Assembly (NCBI GenBank): GCA_027024205.1
Contig: JALVST010000102.1
Location: forward strand, 12,987 to 76,986
Origin: Flavobacteriales bacterium
Lineage (GTDB): Bacteria; Bacteroidota; Bacteroidia; Flavobacteriales; Flavobacteriaceae
DNA length: 64,000 nucleotides
Direction: 5' to 3'
This document shows, piece after piece, positions 17,346 to 25,494 of this stretch; within the stretch, counting starts at the first letter, position 1, and each line of letters opens with the position of its first letter. The notes beneath the pieces were generated by a model, which was not told the DNA's origin, made no database searches, and saw only the letters and a program-made list of their open reading frames with translations. The position numbers were made by a program, and so were the translations under genes.

Positions 17346-18860
17346 ATGAGCAAAAAAGTCATTTTAATCATATTGGACGGTTGGGGCATCACCCAAAACC
17401 CCGAAGTTTCCGCTATTGCACAAGCCTCTACACCGTTTATGGACGATTTGTTAAAAAAATATCCGCATGCCAAACTCTATACTTCCGGTGAAAATGTCGG
17501 ATTACCCGAAGGACAAATGGGTAATTCGGAAGTAGGACATATGAATTTGGGGGCCGGCCGTATCGTCTATCAAGATTTGGTTAAAATAAACAAAGCTATA
17601 AAAGACGGCAGTTTTTTTGAAAATAAAGTTTTAAAAGAAGCTTTTGAATACGCCAAACAAAACGGTAAAGCCGTACATTTTTTGGGTTTATTATCCGACG
17701 GTGGCGTGCATTCACATATCGACCATTTAAAAGTCTTGATACAAATGGCCAAAAAATACAATGTCCCTGCTTATATCCATGCCTTTATGGACGGCCGTGA
17801 CGTTGATCCGCATTCAGGTATCGGTTTTTTAAAAGAAATTCAGGATTATATTAAAGATACACCTGTCAAAATCGCTTCGGTCATCGGACGTTATTACGCA
17901 ATGGACCGTGATAACCGTTGGAAACGCATCAAAAAAGCCTATGATTTATTGGTCAAAGGCGAAGGCAAACCGGCAACGGATTTGGTTCAAGCGGTAAAAG
18001 AAAGTTACGATGAAGGTGTCACGGACGAATTTATTTTACCGATTGTTCATGTTGATGAAAATGGCAAACCTACCGGTATAATCAAACCAGGCGATGCCGT
18101 TATCTTTTACAATTTCAGAACAGACCGCGGACGCGAACTCACCAAAGTTTTAACTCAAGAAGATATGCATGAGTACGGAATGAAAACTTTGCCTTTGCAC
18201 TACGTTAGCATGACCATTTATGATGATAAATTCAAAGGTATCAAAGTGGCATATCCCAAGGAAGATTTAAAAGATACTTTGGGCGAATTGCTGGCCAAAG
18301 CCGGCAAAAAACAAATTCGCATAGCCGAAACCGAAAAATATCCGCATGTGACTTTCTTCTTTTCTGGTGGTAAAGAAAAAGAATTTGAAGGCGAAAAACG
18401 CATTTTAATTCCCTCGCCCAAGGTGGCCACATACGACTTAAAACCCGAAATGAGTGCCAATGAAGTCACCGAAGCGCTCTTGCCCGAAATCAAAAACGAA
18501 TCGGCCGATTTGATTGTGCTAAATTATGCTAACGGTGATATGGTCGGACATACCGGTGTTTTTGAAGCAGCAAAAAAAGCTGCGGAAACAGTCGATAAAA
18601 ACCTCAAAAAAATTGTTACGGAAGCCCTCAAACATGACTATGCGGTTATCATTCTTGCCGACCACGGCAACGCAGAAAATATGATCAATCCTGACGGCTC
18701 ACCCAATACGGCACATACAACCAATCCCGTTCCGGTCATTTTAATCGACAAAGATTTGAAACCGGAACTCAAAGACGGTATTTTGGCCAATGTTGCTCCT
18801 ACTATTTTAAAAATTATGGGCATGCCCAAGCCGGAAGAAATGACCGAACCGCTGTTTTAA
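17346..18860 (+). CDS. gpmI: 2,3-bisphosphoglycerate-independent phosphoglycerate mutase
   Basis: 504 aa with ILDGWG, NSEVGHMNLGAGR and ADHGNAE motifs. Confidence 0.95.
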   Translation: MSKKVILIILDGWGITQNPEVSAIAQASTPFMDDLLKKYPHAKLYTSGENVGLPEGQMGNSEVGHMNLGAGRIVYQDLVKINKAIKDGSFFENKVLKEAFEYAKQNGKAVHFLGLLSDGGVHSHIDHLKVLIQMAKKYNVPAYIHAFMDGRDVDPHSGIGFLKEIQDYIKDTPVKIASVIGRYYAMDRDNRWKRIKKAYDLLVKGEGKPATDLVQAVKESYDEGVTDEFILPIVHVDENGKPTGIIKPGDAVIFYNFRTDRGRELTKVLTQEDMHEYGMKTLPLHYVSMTIYDDKFKGIKVAYPKEDLKDTLGELLAKAGKKQIRIAETEKYPHVTFFFSGGKEKEFEGEKRILIPSPKVATYDLKPEMSANEVTEALLPEIKNESADLIVLNYANGDMVGHTGVFEAAKKAAETVDKNLKKIVTEALKHDYAVIILADHGNAENMINPDGSPNTAHTTNPVPVILIDKDLKPELKDGILANVAPTILKIMGMPKPEEMTEPLF

Positions 18861-18988
18861 TTAAGAAAATCAGTAAACATCCGAATTTGAATAGCCCTGC
18901 CCAGTTTAAATCGGGCAAGGCTAAATTGATAAAAATTAATAAAATTTGACATTAAATGCAAGACGCTACCATCTACTTTTATTTATAA

Positions 18989-20176
18989 TTATTTCTCTAT
19001 CTTAGATATGCCGACCAAAGTAGCAAAAGCTCCCATAAATACGATGGTTAATAATACATAAAGTACATTTGACCAATGAAATTCCACCGGGTAAGGCATA
19101 TCGGTTTGCGGCACATACAGAAAAGGATAAAAATGTTGTATCCCTACTAAAATCAAACCAAAAATCAAACCGGCCAAACCACTTAACACGGTCATACCCA
19201 AACCCTGTATCATAAAAATTTTCTTTATCTCGGAACGGTCCAAACCTAAAACTCGCAAGGTATGAATATCGTCTTTTTTATCGATGATAATCATAATAAT
19301 AGTCCCGACAATATTAAACAAGGCCAAAAGCAAAATCAACGCAAAGATGAAATAAACCATCAGATTTTCGGTATTAAGCATTTTGTAGAGCAATTTGTTG
19401 AGTTGCCGCCGGTTACGAATAGTTAATGTTTTACCGAATTTTTGTTTCAAACGTTTTTCCAAACCCGCAATTTGACCGGGAACGACTTTCACTTCGATAC
19501 TTGATATCTGCTCCGGCCGGTAATTTAATAATTGTTGAGCCGCCGGCAGGGTTGTATAAAGATAAACTTGATCGTGGTCCATAGTGGTTTGAAAAATACC
19601 GACCGGCATAAAATATTTGTCGTAAAAAGCTTTGCGTGGATCGGTGATGAAACCTTTACCGGGTTTGGGAACCAACAACTGAATCATCTCCAAATTATTG
19701 GAAAGCATAAATGATAAATCATTTGCCAGAGAAACACCCATCAACATTTCAATTGTTCCGGGTGTGGGTAAATGACCGGCTATCAAAGTAGAATCCAAAT
19801 TGATAACCTTATAGTAGTTGCTGTCAACACCTTTGATTTTAGCTATTTTTTGTTTATCATTATAATTTATAAAGACTTTCTCTTCAACAACTCTTGCAAA
19901 ACTTGAAACGGTTTTATCGTGTCTTAAAAAGTCATATAAATCTTTAGACGGTACAAAACTTTTGCCGGTTTTCGGAGTGATTTTGATATCGGGGTCTGTC
20001 ATTTTAATCAAACTGATATTAAAGGTGCGGATACCCGAAAATCCTGACAACACAATAATAAAAGCCGCCGAAACCATCAAAACGCCGAAAGAGGCGATTT
20101 TGACAATAATATTAATAGCATTATTACCACTTTTTGAAAATAAATATCTTTGAGAAATGTAACGGATATAATTCAA
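18989..20176 (-). CDS. FtsX-like (LolC/E-type) ABC transporter permease
   Basis: 395 aa. One N-terminal TM helix, a large periplasmic domain and a C-terminal FtsX 3-TM bundle. It follows rbfA. Confidence 0.8.
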   Translation of the reverse strand: MNYIRYISQRYLFSKSGNNAINIIVKIASFGVLMVSAAFIIVLSGFSGIRTFNISLIKMTDPDIKITPKTGKSFVPSKDLYDFLRHDKTVSSFARVVEEKVFINYNDKQKIAKIKGVDSNYYKVINLDSTLIAGHLPTPGTIEMLMGVSLANDLSFMLSNNLEMIQLLVPKPGKGFITDPRKAFYDKYFMPVGIFQTTMDHDQVYLYTTLPAAQQLLNYRPEQISSIEVKVVPGQIAGLEKRLKQKFGKTLTIRNRRQLNKLLYKMLNTENLMVYFIFALILLLALFNIVGTIIMIIIDKKDDIHTLRVLGLDRSEIKKIFMIQGLGMTVLSGLAGLIFGLILVGIQHFYPFLYVPQTDMPYPVEFHWSNVLYVLLTIVFMGAFATLVGISKIEK

Positions 20177-20189
20177 AACGATAAAAACT

Positions 20190-20549
20190 TTAATCTATCG
20201 GGCTACGTCCTTTATTGAGCGCTTCGTCTATTTTTTCAATATAATCCAACGAATCATCTCTAAAAAATAACAAATCGGGCATTTTACGCAATTGATGACG
20301 AACCCGTTGTGCCACTTCGTGTTTAATCAGTTTGGCATTATTTTTCAGCGCATTTAGTAATTCTCCGGCTTTTTCCGATGGGAAAATGCTGATATAAACT
20401 TTGGCCAAATTCAAGTCCGGGGTAACATAAACCTTCGTTACGGTAATAATCAAATTTTTTATTCCGGCTTTACGAACTTCACCTTGTAAAATGTCAGCTA
20501 AATCCATTTGGATAATCTTAGCAATTCGTTTTTGTCTTTTTGTTTCCAT
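20190..20549 (-). CDS. rbfA: ribosome-binding factor A
   Basis: 119 aa with RQKRIAKIIQMDLADIL ... ITVTKVYVTPDLNLAKVYIS. Confidence 0.9.
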   Translation of the reverse strand: METKRQKRIAKIIQMDLADILQGEVRKAGIKNLIITVTKVYVTPDLNLAKVYISIFPSEKAGELLNALKNNAKLIKHEVAQRVRHQLRKMPDLLFFRDDSLDYIEKIDEALNKGRSPID

Positions 20550-20553
20550 ATGG

Positions 20554-20561
20554 CAAAGATA
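20554..20561 (-). promoter_or_regulatory. -7 promoter box TATCTTTG
   Basis: TATCTTTG-CCAT-ATG has the same 4-nt spacing to the start codon as at arsR. Confidence 0.55.
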
Positions 20562-20943
20562 CAGGTTTGAGTGAAAAGTTAAAAGGTATATTTCGATAAT
20601 CTCAATAACCCGGGTTAAAAGTTAAACATAATTATTATTCGATTTGATTAAAATACAGAATGCAAATAATACCCGGAAAAATTATTACAATCCCAATTTT
20701 ACTATTAAAAAAAAACTGATTTTTATCAAATTTTTTATGTTTTTATCCTTAAAACAACATTATTTACATTAATTTTTAAGTATTCTATTTAAAAAAATAT
20801 AAAAAAAAACAAAAAAAAGACATTGAATAGATTTTTTATTTTGCGATTCAACACACTGATAATAAACTTTTTATAGTTAAAAAAAAGTTTTTATAAATCA
20901 CATAATACATTTTTTATTATTTTATTCCGGGGAGGGACGGGAC

Positions 20944-20951
20944 TACTTTTG
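20944..20951 (+). promoter_or_regulatory. -7 promoter box TACTTTTG
   Basis: Matches TAnnTTTG, 24 nt upstream of the ATG at 20976. Confidence 0.5.
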
Positions 20952-20975
20952 TGTCAGAATTTAAAAACAAGAACA

Positions 20976-21686
20976 ATGACTAAAAATTTTGTAAACCAAG
21001 TTAACAGATTATTAAAAATCAGTAAAAGAATTTTATTGGTAGAACATGACCCCGTAAAACGAGGTGGTTTGGAAAGATTCTTAAAACAAGAAAAACACGA
21101 AGTCGATGTCGCCAAAGACGGTATGACGGCTTCGGAAAAAATCAAAGCCGGTACATACGATTTGTTTATCATAGACAAAAATTTGCCCTACAATGATGCT
21201 ATGACATTATATAATAGTATCAAAAACAAAAATTTGAATACGCCGGTTATTTTCATTTCAAACGAAAAAGAAGCCGATGATATTTATGTCATAGAATTTG
21301 AAAACTTCGAGAATGATTTTGAAAATGTTTTGAAACGAATAATCGAACAAACGCTGCGGACTAATGTTCAAAACGAAGCAACGAAACCTGAAATTTACCG
21401 CATTGGGAATTTCACGTTAGATCCCCGATTGAGATTGTTACGATACAATGACGGCACACCGGTAAAATTAACGCCGAAAGAAAGCAAACTTTTAAAATTG
21501 TTGATAGCTTACAACAATAAATTGGTTGATAAAAAAACCTTGCAAAAAAAGGTTTGGTATAATGATGAGAATATTAGTTTCGGTAGTATGAACGTTTATA
21601 TCAGTCGCTTACGAAAATTATTACAAAAAGACAAAAACATCAATATCACGAATGTTTATAAAACTGGATTCATGCTTACGGATTGA
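20976..21686 (+). CDS. OmpR/PhoB-type response regulator with an atypical receiver, orphan
   Basis: The listed ORF starts at a TTG at 20949; the ATG is at 20976. It has a receiver (ILLVEHD ... DLFIIDKNLP) and a winged-helix output (LTPKESKLLKLL ... VYISRLRKLL). No kinase gene is nearby. Confidence 0.8.
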   Translation: MTKNFVNQVNRLLKISKRILLVEHDPVKRGGLERFLKQEKHEVDVAKDGMTASEKIKAGTYDLFIIDKNLPYNDAMTLYNSIKNKNLNTPVIFISNEKEADDIYVIEFENFENDFENVLKRIIEQTLRTNVQNEATKPEIYRIGNFTLDPRLRLLRYNDGTPVKLTPKESKLLKLLIAYNNKLVDKKTLQKKVWYNDENISFGSMNVYISRLRKLLQKDKNINITNVYKTGFMLTD

Positions 21687-21699
21687 TTGGTTTGCAAAA

Positions 21700-21886
21700 T
21701 TTTATATCATAAAATAAACACGCAAACAAATCACACAAACAAACATATATAATTACAAGCACATTTTCACACAAACAAACAATTTCACAAACACACACAA
21801 ACACAAGCAAACATAAAGTCAAGTTGTAGTCAATCTTGCTTGTTAAAAGCCCGGTAAAGCGTTTCGGTTTGCCGGGTTTGTTTTTT
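21700..21886 (+). ncRNA. candidate C/A-rich 3'UTR or small RNA ending at an intrinsic terminator
   Basis: A tract of about 100 nt built from ACAAAC/CACA units (21715-21815), then a 7-bp hairpin (21804-21842) and the terminator. No family recognised. Confidence 0.25.
21850..21886 (+). terminator. intrinsic terminator
   Basis: CCCGGTAAA-gcgtttcgg-TTTGCCGGG (one G-U pair) followed by TTTGTTTTTT. Confidence 0.7.
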
Positions 21887-21931
21887 ATGAGAGCCAAAAA
21901 GTACGGCATTCAAATAAACATTAAATATTAA

Positions 21932-21980
21932 GAAATATGTTTAAATTAGCCGTAAAATTTATTTCATAATGGCTTTAAAC
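21932..21980 (+). repeat. 49-bp direct repeat, copy 1
   Basis: GAAATATGTTTAAATTAGCCGTAAAATTTATTTCATAATGGCTTTAAAC is identical to 22440-22488. Confidence 0.9.
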
Positions 21981-22439
21981 TCCTGTTTTCGCCATTTTTA
22001 TTTCGTAAAAATTAAATGCCTGATAATAAGCGTGTTATGGATTTGTATTGTAACTTTTGGGTATCCTGCATATTTATATTAGAGAAAATTTGAAAAATTT
22101 ATTGCCAATCTTATATCACAGACATTTTTAAAAAGATGGAAAATGCGGTTATTACCCCCTGCCATACGAAGGTTTTCTGTAAATTTCAAGTTTTTCGGAC
22201 GTTAAAAACAATCTGCTGTTTGAGCAAAATGAAAGTTTCTTATGAAAGTTAAAATATTCTATCAAATGAAAAAAAAAGATTAAAAACAATAGGCTTTTGC
22301 GAGTTCAGATTGTTTAGGGAGAAAACGTAGAAATTAGGAAAAGTTTCGTAAGGCTAGCGTTTTTTGTTACTTTTTTGGGCAATGCAAAAAAGTAATGATA
22401 AATAACTAATTAATATTGGGTACCCAGTGGCAAAAACAG
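21981..22439. mobile_element. 459-bp non-coding fold-back (MITE- or CIME-like) element
   Basis: 13-bp terminal inverted repeats CCTGTTTT(C/T)GCCA at 21982-21994 and 22427-22439. Imperfect internal inverted arms of about 65 bp (22162-22229 vs 22294-22353). Flanked by the exact 49-bp direct repeats. No ORF. Confidence 0.5.
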
Positions 22440-22488
22440 GAAATATGTTTAAATTAGCCGTAAAATTTATTTCATAATGGCTTTAAAC
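22440..22488 (+). repeat. 49-bp direct repeat, copy 2
   Basis: Identical to 21932-21980. It contains the ATG and the first 4 codons of the gene at 22477. Confidence 0.9.
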
Positions 22489-23721
22489 TATATTTGGATC
22501 GGTTTTTTTCTAATTGCTTTTGTCGTCGGATTAATAAAACTTGTTTTTCTGGGTGATTTGGAAATTTTTTCGACCATGATGAAAGCCCTTTTCGACAGGG
22601 CCAAACTAGGTTTTGAACTATCATTGGGTTTAACAGGGATTTTGGCTTTGTGGATGGGTATCATGAAAATTGGCGAAAAAGGAGGAATGGTCAAAATTTT
22701 AGCACGTTTGGTTAGCCCTTTGTTTGGCCGTTTATTTCCTGAAGTCCCAAAAGACCATCCGGCCATAGGTTCCATGATGATGAATTTTTCGGCTAATATG
22801 TTGGGACTGGACAATGCCGCCACACCCCTGGGTTTAAAAGCCATGAAAGATTTGCAAGAACTCAATCCCAAAAAAGATACGGCCAGCAATGCCCAAATCA
22901 TGTTTTTGGTCTTAAACACTTCGGGTTTGACACTGATTCCGGTAAGTATTTTGGCTCTACGGGCAATGAAAGGTTCGGTTAACCCTACCGATGTTTTTTT
23001 GCCGATTTTGATAGCGACATTTATTTCAAGTTTGGTAGGATTGATTTATACGGCCATCGTGCAAAAAATCAATTTATTTGACAAAGTTGTAATGGCATAT
23101 TTGCTGGGCACAACCGTTTTGATTGGTGGAATGGCGGCTTATGTATATTATTTGAAGGATCCTGAAAAAATCAGTGTGTTTACCAATTTGTTGAGCAATA
23201 TCATTTTATTCGGTATCATTATCCTGTTTATCTCGGTGGCATTATTTAAGAAAATCAATATTTATGACACATTTATCGAAGGAGCAAAAGACGGGTTCCA
23301 AGTAGCGGTAACCATTATTCCGTATCTGGTAGCCATGTTGGCGGCAATCGGGGTATTTACGGCTTCTGGTGCAATGGATTATGTATTGGATGCATTCCGG
23401 TTTTTGTTTGCTCATATAGGTGTAGATACCCGTTTTGTTGACGGATTACCGACGGCATTTATGAAACCTTTAACAGGGGGTGGCGCTAGAGCCGCTATGG
23501 TCGAAAGTTGGGTGGACCACGGTGTCGATAGTTTTGTAGGACACTTGACATCCGTATTGCAAGGCAGCACGGAAACCACTTTCTATGTGTTGGCCGTATA
23601 TTTCGGCTCTGTCGGTATTAAGAAAACCCGCTATGCCGCCACTGCCGGTATTATTGCCGATATTGCCGGTATCATTGCCGCTATTTTGGTTACATATTTG
23701 TTTTTCGGACATTTGAGTTAG
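22477..23721 (+). CDS. nucleoside-recognition (Gate) domain membrane protein, fused SpmA/SpmB-like
   Basis: 414 aa, polytopic. Contains MNFSANMLGLDNAATPLGLKAMKDLQ and C-terminal SpmB-like helices. Confidence 0.75.
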   Translation: MALNYIWIGFFLIAFVVGLIKLVFLGDLEIFSTMMKALFDRAKLGFELSLGLTGILALWMGIMKIGEKGGMVKILARLVSPLFGRLFPEVPKDHPAIGSMMMNFSANMLGLDNAATPLGLKAMKDLQELNPKKDTASNAQIMFLVLNTSGLTLIPVSILALRAMKGSVNPTDVFLPILIATFISSLVGLIYTAIVQKINLFDKVVMAYLLGTTVLIGGMAAYVYYLKDPEKISVFTNLLSNIILFGIIILFISVALFKKINIYDTFIEGAKDGFQVAVTIIPYLVAMLAAIGVFTASGAMDYVLDAFRFLFAHIGVDTRFVDGLPTAFMKPLTGGGARAAMVESWVDHGVDSFVGHLTSVLQGSTETTFYVLAVYFGSVGIKKTRYAATAGIIADIAGIIAAILVTYLFFGHLS

Positions 23722-23745
23722 TTAAATATCTATAATTTCAGTATC

Positions 23746-24624
23746 AATCCTGTCCTAAATAAATTTTAAGACAAATCAAAAGTATTGATTTTATTGAGAT
23801 TACCAATAAAAAAAACCGCTAAAAATCAAAAAGAACCCCCTGAATAGGTAAATTCGGTGGTTTTTTCTTTTTGATAAAAGGTTCATCCAGCCATTTTTGA
23901 AGGTTAATTTTTACAAATAGGTTTATTCTTAAAAAAGCCTCCAAATTAGATAAATACCACTTATGCTTTGCTATGGCTTTGAGATATTTTAGTATAAGAA
24001 TGGTGATTAAAGCTGTCCATATTTGAATCATCACAGCATTGGGGCTTGTGCCTATAAAAGACTTTATATGTAAGAGTTGCTTAATTTCTCTGAAAAAGAT
24101 TTCTATTTGCCAGCGACTTTTGTATAATTCGCTAATGGTATTGCATGACCATCTGAAATTATTGGTTATCAACTCTATTACCTGCTTAAATCCTGCCTGC
24201 TGTCCTAAATGTTTTGATAAGTTGTAATAGTAATCTCTAAACAACTCATACGTCCTATGTTTATTCTGATAACCTAAATTTGATTTGGTTGGCGGGTGAA
24301 CATTCCCAAGATGATTTAGGTTGCCTGTTGCAGATCGTAAACCATTACTTATATCTCGAAGGGATTGACTTTTTTCCAAAATGACAAAAAAGCATGGATA
24401 TTAAATATGACCAACTATCAAATCCTTTGTGATGTTTGTCTGTGCTGTGCTCTTTTACAAGTTTAATAAAAATTGAACGGTCAAGTCTTTAGATAATTTG
24501 AGCAAATAATGTTATCTTTGTCATAAGAGAATGGTGTTTTTTTGTTTTATAACTCAAAGTTAATTGAGATTTTTAAATACCATTCTCTTTTTATATTATT
24601 TTTTCAAACGTTTAGGACGGGATT
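23746..24624 (-). mobile_element. internally deleted IS4-family insertion sequence remnant (~880 bp)
   Basis: Terminal inverted repeats AATCCTGTCCTAAA (23746-23759) and TTTAGGACGGGATT (24611-24624), 13/14 matching. They enclose the degraded transposase gene. Confidence 0.75.
23819..24524 (-). pseudogene. IS4-family (DUF4372 N-terminus + DDE) transposase pseudogene
   Basis: From the ATG at 24524: MTKITLFAQII, TAA at 24489-24491, then RLDRSIFIKLVKEHSTDKHHKGFDSWSYLISMLFCHFGK. A frameshift at the A6 run (24370-24375) leads into ORF 23819..24379 (SQSLRDISNGL ... YKSRWQIEIFFREIKQLLHIKSF). The central catalytic part appears to be missing. Confidence 0.75.
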
Positions 24625-24973
24625 AATTTTAGACTATTTGGACAATGGCTTTATCTTGAGATTTCAAGATTTAAATAAAAAACATACTTCAAAACTTTAT
24701 TTTAATTCCTGGGTAGAAATGTATTTGGATAGTGTAAGTCGCCTGTCATGATAGAATGATAGTTTGAAGCGTTAAATGTCAAAAAATGAACAAAAACAAT
24801 TGTATTATAATAAAATAATAAATACGTATAAAAATAGGTTACCCCTACGGTGTTTTATTTAGAATTTTTGATATACTCCTACGGAGCTGAAATTAATTAT
24901 TAAAATGTAAAAACCGGTCACCATAATGACTATTGGTTATAACTTTTGATTATTATGATGGCGTATTTTGTTT

Positions 24974-24981
24974 TATATTTG
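24974..24981 (+). promoter_or_regulatory. -7 promoter box TATATTTG
   Basis: Matches TAnnTTTG, 10 nt upstream of the ATG at 24992. Confidence 0.5.
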
Positions 24982-24991
24982 TAACAAAAAG

Positions 24992-25483
24992 ATGACTCAA
25001 AAAACACTTTTTTGGCTTCTCATTCCCTTATTGGTTTCCTGTGAAATTCATTTCCAAACCGAAAGCCCTAATGAAAAACCGGAAGCGGTAAACAAGATAG
25101 GTCAAACCTTAGACCGTTGGCATCAAGCGGCGGCAGATGCAGATTTTAACACATATTTTGATTTGCTGTCTGATGATGCCGTTTTTGTAGGAACGGATGC
25201 ATCGGAAGTTTGGGATAAAACGAGTTTTATGAAATTTGCCAAACCTTTTTTCGATAAAGGTAAAGCTTGGAATTTTAAGAAAATCAAACGGCATATTCAC
25301 TTGTCTGATACACAAAATCTGGCTTGGTTTGATGAAACGCTCGATACTTGGATGGGGGTCTGTCGCGGGTCGGGGGTGTTACAAAAGACTGATACTGTTT
25401 GGCGTATCAAACATTATGTATTATCTTTAACCATTCCGAATGATAAAATGAAAGAGGTAATGTCTGTTATTCGGAATAAGTAA
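24992..25483 (+). CDS. NTF2-like (SnoaL/DUF4440-type) lipoprotein
   Basis: The ATG at 24992 gives MTQKTLFWLLIPLLVSC. Contains LDRWHQAAADADFNTYFDLLSDDAVFVGTDASEVW. Confidence 0.65.
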   Translation: MTQKTLFWLLIPLLVSCEIHFQTESPNEKPEAVNKIGQTLDRWHQAAADADFNTYFDLLSDDAVFVGTDASEVWDKTSFMKFAKPFFDKGKAWNFKKIKRHIHLSDTQNLAWFDETLDTWMGVCRGSGVLQKTDTVWRIKHYVLSLTIPNDKMKEVMSVIRNK

Positions 25484-25494
25484 AAAAAAACACT

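Noticed and set aside
20926-20942. G-rich tract CCGGGGAGGGACGGGAC just upstream of the response-regulator promoter, as a possible G-quadruplex
   Set aside because: It has only three G-runs of 3 or more, which is not enough for a canonical intramolecular quadruplex.
21676-21909. 77-aa minus-strand ORF (…CLLVFVCVCEIVCLCENV…)
   Set aside because: It is simply the complement of the C/A-rich tract and the terminator. Its Cys/Val-rich low-complexity translation has no start context.
24542-24751. 69-aa plus-strand ORF at the right end of the IS remnant
   Set aside because: It starts from a non-ATG codon, spans the IS terminal repeat and flanking AT-rich DNA, and has no recognisable features.
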